From positions 1-25,000 of the forward strand of contig CAIWGR010000068.1 in the NCBI GenBank assembly GCA_903912275.1: a stretch of DNA of 25,000 nucleotides, written 5' to 3'. The notes under the pieces were generated by a model. The model was not told the DNA's origin and ran no database searches. It saw only the letters and a list, made by a program, of their open reading frames with translations. How positions within the stretch are numbered: position 1 is the stretch's first letter; every line of letters starts with the position of its first letter. The DNA comes from an uncultured delta proteobacterium (GTDB taxonomy: Bacteria; Myxococcota_A; Bradymonadia; REDH01). The position numbers and the translations under genes are program-made. Below, in pieces: positions 1 through 6,316 of the stretch.

Positions 1-1014
1 CACCGCCTCGAGCTGACGGAGCCCCTTGTTGGGCGTGCGCCGGAGCGTCTCTGCCAGTTCACGGACCTGCTTGTAGGTGAGCCTGCAGGAGCGCTCTGCC
101 TGCTGCAGCTCGCGTCCCGCCGTCTCGACCCGGTGCATCGACTTCCGGATGCGCTCGATGATGCGCTCCAGCTGGCGCGGGTGGAGCCGCACGCGCTGCA
201 TCGCATCGTAAATGCGTGACTTGTGGGCCCGCACCTGGTCGCGGAGCTGCTGCTTGCGGCGCGGCTCATGCTGGCCCGTGCGGAGCTCGCGGCTGACGCG
301 ACGCAGCTCGAGCTCCAGCCGGCGCACATCCTCGATGTGGCCAACCGACTCCGCATGCACCTGATCGTAGGAGGGCGGCTCGACCCCCTCCACAAAGGTG
401 GGCTCGCGGTAGACATCCTTGTACTTCAGACGGCCGCGCTTGATGTGGTCGCCGATGGCGGCAACCTCGCGAACGCCAATCGGGGAGCTCATGATGGCCG
501 CAATGACCATCTCCTCGCCCTCTTCAATCCGCTTGGCCAGCACCACCTCGCCCTCGCGGGTCAGCAGCGGAACCGTGCTCATCTTGCGCAGATACATCCG
601 CACCGGATCGCTGCCCCGGGCGAAGGAGTCGATATCAACCTCTTCATCCTTGCTGGCTGTCGAGCCCCGGTCTCCTCCGCGCATGCCAGCAATCTCCACC
701 GGCTCGTCGTCGTTCTCGTCGTTGCCCTCGACGGGCGAGCCGCCTGTCTCCGAGGGCGCCCGCACATCCATCGGCCGCGCCGAGGTGTTGAAGAGGGGGC
801 CCTTGGGGGCTGTCCGCTTGGAGCGGCTCTCGTGGGGTCCGTCGCCAACCGCGATGGAGAGCTGCTCCAGCAGGATGAGCACATCATCCATCTCTTCGGT
901 GTCGACGGCGCCGGCGGGGAAGGCTGCGTTGAGTTGGTCCCAGGTAACGAAGCCCCGTTCTCTCCCAGCGAAGATGATCTGTTCGATCTCCTTGCGATTT
1001 ACCGGGACCGCCAT
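1..1014 (-). CDS. rpoD: RNA polymerase primary sigma factor RpoD/SigA (5' part; gene continues beyond the left edge)
   Basis: Translated by hand because it is absent from the ORF track. ATG at 1014, preceded by AAGGAG, opens a 338-codon frame with no stop. Region 1.1 reads KEIEQIIFAGRERGFVTWDQLNAAFPAGAVDTEEMDDVLILLEQLSI. Region 1.2 reads DPVRMYLRKMSTVPLLTREGEVVLAKRIEEGE, followed by a helical non-conserved region. Confidence 0.95.
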   Translation of the reverse strand, partial: MAVPVNRKEIEQIIFAGRERGFVTWDQLNAAFPAGAVDTEEMDDVLILLEQLSIAVGDGPHESRSKRTAPKGPLFNTSARPMDVRAPSETGGSPVEGNDENDDEPVEIAGMRGGDRGSTASKDEEVDIDSFARGSDPVRMYLRKMSTVPLLTREGEVVLAKRIEEGEEMVIAAIMSSPIGVREVAAIGDHIKRGRLKYKDVYREPTFVEGVEPPSYDQVHAESVGHIEDVRRLELELRRVSRELRTGQHEPRRKQQLRDQVRAHKSRIYDAMQRVRLHPRQLERIIERIRKSMHRVETAGRELQQAERSCRLTYKQVRELAETLRRTPNKGLRQLEAV

Positions 1015-1097
1015 GCCGCTCCTTGCCAGACCGAAACGCCCTCAAGATTGCAGTTTTTGGACTGCGTGCGGCGGTGTAGAGGGGCGATCTTGGACGG

Positions 1098-3383
1098 TCA
1101 ATGGGGCCGATCGTTTTTTGCCGTGGCGGAAATCGTCAATCTTCTGACAGGACGGAACCCTCGCTGCGGAGAGCTCGATCCCGCCGCCATTTGGCTCCGT
1201 GCACCCGCCCGCAGCTCGAGCGGCGGGTCGCTCCAGCTCCCTCCCCGGACCACCCGGCTCTCCACAATCCCGGCGGTCTTCGGCAAGGGCTCCGTCGGGC
1301 TGTTGATGAAGGCAGAGTCGGTCCACTCTGATACGTTGCCGAGCATATCGTAGAGGCCCCACGGGTTCGGGGTGCGGACTCTCGCCCGCGCCGGACCAAT
1401 CGTTACAGGCCCCTCGTGGCCCGTCCCCGAGACCCCGCTTTCGAAGCGGACCTCGGCGCCGCAGTACCAGACGGCGATGCCATCAAGCGCCTGCTCCGGC
1501 CCGCAGACAAAGCCGCGGGTGGAGTCGAGCCGGATGTTGCCGCGGTAGGTCGCTGTCGTTGTGCCGGCGCGCGCCGCATACTCCCACTCTACCTCCGTCG
1601 GGTAGCGGTAGCCGGTGCAGTCGTCGCGCAGCGTGGCGCCCTCGCAGGCAAAGGGCTTGGCTCCGGCCTGCTTGGCGTCACCGGTACAGCCCTCGAGCTG
1701 GTAGCAGGCCGTGAGCTGCTCCTTTGCCGAGCGCGCGTTGAGGTAGGCGGCACCCTCCCACCAGGAGACGCTGTCTACGGGGCAACCGTCGCCACAGGCG
1801 GCGAACTTGGAGGGGTTGCTCTCCATGACGGCCCTCCAGTCCCGCTGGGAGACCTCTGCCATCTGGAGGAAGAAGGGGCTGCCGATGACCACCTCCGCCT
1901 GCCACTCGTTGCTCTTGTGACCGAGTTCGGTGGTGGGCGTGCCGCGGGTGAAGGTGCCCGCCGGGATGTAGGCGAAGCCCTCGGGTGCGCAGTGCTTGTT
2001 GGAGCAGAGGCTGGAGGCGCACTGCGTCGACTGGTCGCAGGGCTGGCCGAGCTGCCGGTTGATCATGGGCAGGAGCGGCTCGTCGCTGGGCGCCGCTGCG
2101 GAGCCCTCGGCCTCAGCGACGGCTGGCGCGTCGCCCGCCGCGCCGCTCCCCGAGCCCGCAGCCACCACCGCCCCAGAGCCGCCGGCTGCGGCCGCGACAG
2201 GTGCTGGGGTGGGCTTGTCGGCGGTGGGCGCGGCCGCAGCAGCGTCGGAGCCCTCTGCTGGCGTCGCCGCGGGTTCATCGGTGGGACGGAGCGCGAAGAA
2301 GGCGGCCGCGGCGGCCAGCGCGAGGGCTCCGACGGCACCGGCGACACGGTTGGACCGGCCGGGTGCGGGGGCCTGCTTCGCCGGTGCCGGCGGCTTGGGG
2401 CGGGCGGTTGCGCGGGCGGCGGCGGTTGCGTCGGCCTGGGCCTGCTGGAGGCGGGGGAGGCGGGGCTCCGGCCAGGCCTGGTCGAAGGCGGCGGCGAAGG
2501 TGCGGATGGTCTCGTAGCGGGCTTCGGGGGAGCGGAGCATGGCGCCGGAGAGCACCTTGAGCACCGGGAGCGGGACGACCGAGCGGAGTTCGGCCAGGGC
2601 GGCGACGGTGGCGTCATCGCTGTCGGTGGAGAGCTCCCACCAGCAGCGGCCAAGCGCCGGTCGCATGCGGAGCGTGAGGAGCTCGATGGCGATGACGCCG
2701 AGGCTGAAGACGAGCGTCTGCTGGGTGATCGCGATGGGGGTGCCGCGCGTCTGCTCTGGCGCGAGGTAGGCCTCTGCGTCTGTCGCGTGGTCTTCGGGGC
2801 GCCAGGCGATGCCGGCGGTATCGGCGGCCAGGCCGAAGTTGCCGACGCGGAGCTCGGGCTGGCCGCCTGTCTCGACGACCATGATCTGATCGGGCCGGAG
2901 CCGCCGGTGTGCGAGCGGGCCGTAGGGCGCAGGAAGTTCGGAAGCGGCGGCGAGGGCGTCGCAGAGCTGCAGAAAGAGGTCGCGGCTCCGCTCGACCGGA
3001 ATCAGCTCCACATACTGCGAGAGCCAGTGCTCCAGCGTAACGCCGGTGCTCGCGTTCGAGACCACAACATCCATGCCGGCCACGAGCTGCGGCTCGAAGG
3101 AGCGATCGATGTAGTGATTTCGCAGGCGAGCGAGCGCCGTAGCGCGGGCGCGGAAGGAGGCGAGTGCCTCGTGGGAGCCGTGGGCAGCCGCATGCACAAT
3201 GGTCAGCCGCAGCGGGCGATCGGCCGCTGTGGCGTTGGACTCCTTCGCACGCCAGACCTGCTCGAGCCCCTCAGAGGAGAGCTGCTCCAGCAGCGTGTAG
3301 CCGCCCAGCGTGCCCCCGACGGTCAGCTTGTCGTAGAGTCCGGGTGCGTCGGCGGCGTTCGGGTCGTGTGGCTGATCAGGCAT
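1098..3383 (-). CDS. Membrane-anchored Ser/Thr pseudokinase with C-terminal FGE-sulfatase (SUMF1/CLec-fold) domain
   Basis: N-terminal Hanks-type kinase fold (GYTLLEQL, LCDALAAA, YLAPEQ, VFSLGVI) with degenerate catalytic motifs. One hydrophobic segment (VAGAVGALALAAAAAFFAL, ~2290-2346), an Ala-rich linker and a 4-Cys module follow. FGE-sulfatase motifs: IPAGTFTRG, PVDSVSW, YPTEVEWEYAARAG, PNPWGLYDMLGNVSEW, RVVRGGSW, RGFR. The start is uncertain (ATG 3383 or TTG 3398). Confidence 0.85.
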   Translation of the reverse strand: MPDQPHDPNAADAPGLYDKLTVGGTLGGYTLLEQLSSEGLEQVWRAKESNATAADRPLRLTIVHAAAHGSHEALASFRARATALARLRNHYIDRSFEPQLVAGMDVVVSNASTGVTLEHWLSQYVELIPVERSRDLFLQLCDALAAASELPAPYGPLAHRRLRPDQIMVVETGGQPELRVGNFGLAADTAGIAWRPEDHATDAEAYLAPEQTRGTPIAITQQTLVFSLGVIAIELLTLRMRPALGRCWWELSTDSDDATVAALAELRSVVPLPVLKVLSGAMLRSPEARYETIRTFAAAFDQAWPEPRLPRLQQAQADATAAARATARPKPPAPAKQAPAPGRSNRVAGAVGALALAAAAAFFALRPTDEPAATPAEGSDAAAAAPTADKPTPAPVAAAAGGSGAVVAAGSGSGAAGDAPAVAEAEGSAAAPSDEPLLPMINRQLGQPCDQSTQCASSLCSNKHCAPEGFAYIPAGTFTRGTPTTELGHKSNEWQAEVVIGSPFFLQMAEVSQRDWRAVMESNPSKFAACGDGCPVDSVSWWEGAAYLNARSAKEQLTACYQLEGCTGDAKQAGAKPFACEGATLRDDCTGYRYPTEVEWEYAARAGTTTATYRGNIRLDSTRGFVCGPEQALDGIAVWYCGAEVRFESGVSGTGHEGPVTIGPARARVRTPNPWGLYDMLGNVSEWTDSAFINSPTEPLPKTAGIVESRVVRGGSWSDPPLELRAGARSQMAAGSSSPQRGFRPVRRLTISATAKNDRPH

Positions 3384-3490
3384 GCGGTTTCGCGTCAAAA
3401 CGCGTCGAGAGAGGACCGGAGGTCGTGACTACGACAGAGGGTGCCGCATACCGCAAACCACACGCAATTCAATCTTTTGCGAACAGCCGC

Positions 3491-3562
3491 CCGGTCGTTG
3501 CGCGCTTCTCTCTAACGCGCGTCCCGCCGGTCGTTGCGCGCTTCTCTCTAACGCGCGTCCCG
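3491..3562. repeat. Perfect 36-bp tandem duplication overlapping the dnaG stop codon
   Basis: ccggtcgttgcgcgcttctctctaacgcgcgtcccg occurs at 3491-3526 and 3527-3562 with no spacer. Confidence 0.95.
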
Positions 3563-5458
3563 CTCGAACTCATTGAGGCGCTGGAGCTGGTTGAGGAGTA
3601 CAAAGGCGCCGTCGTCGTCGCCCCGCTTGCTTGCGGCCTGGAGCTCGTCAAGCAGCCGCGCCCGCGTGGTCACAACCCAGGCCCGTCGGATTTTGAGCGA
3701 CACGGCGTGGAAGGCGGTCTGAATCTTCTCTTCGTAGAGCGGACCGGCGAGCATGAGTGCGCGGCCGATGACGCTCTTCAGCGGTCCCTCTTCGAGCATC
3801 TCGAAGGCGCGGCTGAGCGAGGGGCCGTTTTCCTGGTGGGCCGCGGCAACCGCGCGGGCCCATTCGGCGACCTCACGCTGCTCCATGCAGAGGTCGGTGC
3901 GGGTGTGCAGGAAGGGCAGCAGCAGCGCCGCGCGCCGGTGGAGCAGGACGATGAGCTCGGTCTCCATCGGGCTCAGGGGCGTGAGCACCACCTCTGCTTC
4001 GGGGCCGGCCGGGAGCGGGCCATCGTCGAAGGGGGCGTCACCGAAGGGGGCGTCATCGAAGGGCGTCGAACCTGTCTCGTTCACCGTCGGTTGCGGCACG
4101 AAGGAGGCCCGAGCTGCGGGGCGCGCCGACTGCGACGAAGCGTATCCCGTCGCGGTCGCACCGGGTCGGAAGCGTCGCGCGAGCTCGCCGGCGCTCAGGC
4201 CGGTGCGGCGGGAGATCTCCTGGATCCAGGCCTCGAGCAGCGTCGTGTCCTTGATCTTCGCCATCAGCGGCGCCAGCTCCGACACCGCGGCCGCCTTGGC
4301 ACTGGGGCTGGCGCTGCCGGTTGCCGGCAGGATGAGCTCTTCGATGAGCAGGTCGAGCAGCGGCTTGGCCTGTTGGACGAGCGCCTGAACCGCGTCGGCG
4401 CCGCCGCGCCGGGCGATGTCGTCGGGGTCGGCGCCGTCGGGGAGCTGGGCAAAGAGGATCTCGGGGAAGTCGGCCTCGAGCAGGATATCGAGCGACTTGC
4501 GGGCGGCCGCGCGGCCCGCCTTGTCGCCGTCGAAGAAGAGGACGACCGACTTGGTGAAGCGGCGCAGCAGCCGCACCTGGTCGATGGTCAGCGCGGTTCC
4601 AAGCGGTGCGACCGCCTGCGAAACGCCATGTGCATGCAGCGAGACGACATCGAAATTGCCTTCGACCAGGATCGCCCGTTGCGCAGCCTTGATCGGGCCC
4701 TGCGCGAGGTCGATGCCGAAGAGCTCCTTGGCCTTCTTGTAGAAAGGCGTCTCCGGCGAGTTGATATACTTGGCCTTCTCTTCGGACGAGAGCGCCCGCC
4801 CCGAGAAGGCGACCACACGCTTGGAGAGGTCACGCACAGGGAACATGAGCCGGTTGCGGAACATGTCGAAGTGGCCGCCGCCCCGTTCGCGCGGCTTGGC
4901 CAGCCCAGCATACTCCAGGTCGGCGACCGGCACCCGCTTGGCGGCCGCCGCGTCGACCAGCGTCGACCATTCGCTCGGCGCGTAGCCCAGCCCGAAGGAG
5001 CGGACCGTCTCCAGGGGGACACCGCGGCGGGCGATGTAGGCGGTGGCCTCAGGGTAGCGCCCCGAGAGCAGGTTGTCGGCGTAGAACTGGGCGGCGAACT
5101 GGGTCGCGCGGAAGTAGCGCTCCTTGTCGGCCTGGGCGATGTCGCTGCGGGCATTGCTCTCGCGTGCCGGCAGCTGCACGCCGGTCTGACCGGCCAGCTT
5201 CTCGATGGCCTCCAAGAAGCTCAGTCCGTCGCGCTTCTGCAGAAACGAGAAGACATCACCGGAGGCCTGACAGCCGAAACAGTGATAGCGCCCGATCTCC
5301 GGGTTCACATTGAACGAGGGGCTCTTCTCACTGTGAAAGGGGCAGAGCCCCAGCAGCCGGTTTCCGCGCCGTTCGAGCCGAACCGACTCACCGATGACCT
5401 GGTCAATCGCGGTGCGGCTGCGGATCTCGTGGATGACGGCTTCGGAGTAGATGGCCAT
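3548..5458 (-). CDS. dnaG: DNA primase DnaG
   Basis: CHC2 zinc finger (CPFHSEKSPSF...YHCFGC), catalytic core (FRNRLMFP, KYINSPET) and TOPRIM motifs (LVEGNFDV, FDGDKAG, DPDD). The likely start is ATG 5458 (MAIYSEAVI), not the ORF-track start at 5524. Confidence 0.97.
   Translation of the reverse strand: MAIYSEAVIHEIRSRTAIDQVIGESVRLERRGNRLLGLCPFHSEKSPSFNVNPEIGRYHCFGCQASGDVFSFLQKRDGLSFLEAIEKLAGQTGVQLPARESNARSDIAQADKERYFRATQFAAQFYADNLLSGRYPEATAYIARRGVPLETVRSFGLGYAPSEWSTLVDAAAAKRVPVADLEYAGLAKPRERGGGHFDMFRNRLMFPVRDLSKRVVAFSGRALSSEEKAKYINSPETPFYKKAKELFGIDLAQGPIKAAQRAILVEGNFDVVSLHAHGVSQAVAPLGTALTIDQVRLLRRFTKSVVLFFDGDKAGRAAARKSLDILLEADFPEILFAQLPDGADPDDIARRGGADAVQALVQQAKPLLDLLIEELILPATGSASPSAKAAAVSELAPLMAKIKDTTLLEAWIQEISRRTGLSAGELARRFRPGATATGYASSQSARPAARASFVPQPTVNETGSTPFDDAPFGDAPFDDGPLPAGPEAEVVLTPLSPMETELIVLLHRRAALLLPFLHTRTDLCMEQREVAEWARAVAAAHQENGPSLSRAFEMLEEGPLKSVIGRALMLAGPLYEEKIQTAFHAVSLKIRRAWVVTTRARLLDELQAASKRGDDDGAFVLLNQLQRLNEFERDAR
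4016..4063 (-). repeat. 15-nt-period coding repeat in the DnaG linker (PFDDAPFGDAPFDDGP)
   Basis: The minus strand reads CCC TTC GAT GAC GCC / CCC TTC GGT GAC GCC / CCC TTC GAC GAT GGC. Confidence 0.8.
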
Positions 5459-5533
5459 GCGAACGTCGGCTTCATGATGAGGGGTCCCGATACTACGGAT
5501 CAGGCGCGGCCCGTCGACCCCCAAATGGCAGGG

Positions 5534-6295
5534 TCAGGGATCTTTCGGGAGCCCGGTCCGCAGAAAGTGGTAGGGGCCGGCGGTCGCGCCCCAGACCTGC
5601 GTGCCGGCAGCGTCGTAGCCCTGGTCCCACGACTGCATGCCGGCCTGGTTCAGGATCACCGTGGAGGTGGCGTGGGTCGCGCCACGGAGCGAGCTCGGGC
5701 AGCCCTCGCCCTCCGTGCCGCCGCCGAAGCCCATGCTCCGCTCGCTGCCGCGCTGCTCGTCGCTGTTGTAGGCCATCTCGCGCAGGTGCACCGCGCAGCC
5801 CACCTTCTCGGCGGCAGCCCCGTCCGTGTAGCCGGGGCGCTCGGCTTCGCTCCGGTTGCAGAAGCCGGTGAAGGGTGCTGGGTCGGCGAACTCGAAGACA
5901 CGCGAGACCACCTCGCCGGGCTGGCCAGGCTCCACCACGTAGAGGCGCTGCCGATAGGGCTCGGCCAGTTTGTCGGCCCGTGCCTGTTCCACATAGAGCA
6001 CATGTCGGCCGAGCGATGGCGCAGAGATGGGGCAGATGGCGAGGTGGATGTCGAAGTAGTCGGGGGTGGTTGCGGCCTGCGCGCTGGAGTCGAACCGGCC
6101 GGTCAGCAGCTCTGAGACGCGCGCGACGCGGAGATCGTCTTCGCTCGCGTCGAAGCCGGGCGGGAAGCAGGCGATCGCCTGGCCGGGGCCGGGGCCGTTG
6201 TCGCGAGAGGGCTCAGCCACGGCGGTCGGCGGAGCGTCGGCCGCCTGGGGGGCACCGCAGCCGGCAAGAAGGAGGAGGGCGAGAGCGTAGCGCAT
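5534..6295 (-). CDS. CpcT/CpeT (T-type phycobiliprotein lyase) family protein, predicted lipoprotein
   Basis: Lipobox LLLAG-C. Family motifs: LLTGRFDS..QA, LYVEQA...PYRQRLY, G..C.S.LRGA..ATS, SWDQGYD..G.QVWG...GPYHF. GGAG lies upstream of the ATG. Confidence 0.85.
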   Translation of the reverse strand: MRYALALLLLAGCGAPQAADAPPTAVAEPSRDNGPGPGQAIACFPPGFDASEDDLRVARVSELLTGRFDSSAQAATTPDYFDIHLAICPISAPSLGRHVLYVEQARADKLAEPYRQRLYVVEPGQPGEVVSRVFEFADPAPFTGFCNRSEAERPGYTDGAAAEKVGCAVHLREMAYNSDEQRGSERSMGFGGGTEGEGCPSSLRGATHATSTVILNQAGMQSWDQGYDAAGTQVWGATAGPYHFLRTGLPKDP

Positions 6296-6316
6296 GTGGG
6301 GCTCCGAGTCGGGGGC

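Noticed and set aside
223-1353. 376-aa and 242-aa plus-strand ORFs
   Set aside because: They are antisense to rpoD, which has clear sigma-70 motifs and an RBS.
1098-2000. Active formylglycine-generating enzyme or a complete DGR
   Set aside because: The catalytic Cys motif is absent, and the window has no sulfatase, reverse transcriptase or template repeat.
1416-3428. 670-aa plus-strand ORF
   Set aside because: Antisense shadow of the pseudokinase-FGE gene.
3430-3480. Sigma-70 promoter (TTGAAT-N16-TATGCG, minus strand) for the pseudokinase gene
   Set aside because: The -10 match is too weak to call without transcription-start data.
3491-3562. 36-bp repeat as a CRISPR array
   Set aside because: Only two copies, directly adjacent with no spacer, overlapping the dnaG stop, and no cas genes in the window.
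1098-3562. Pseudokinase gene as an integrated mobile element
   Set aside because: No integrase or transposase, and no flanking direct or inverted repeats. The duplication is tandem and on one side only.
3164-6115. 983-aa plus-strand ORF
   Set aside because: It is the antisense shadow of dnaG and the CpcT-like gene. Long stop-free antisense frames are expected with strong G/C third-position bias, and it has no recognisable motifs.
5534-6295. Evidence of phycobilisomes or phototrophy
   Set aside because: No cpc/cpe/apc or bilin-synthesis genes are nearby, and the lipobox places the protein outside the cytoplasm.
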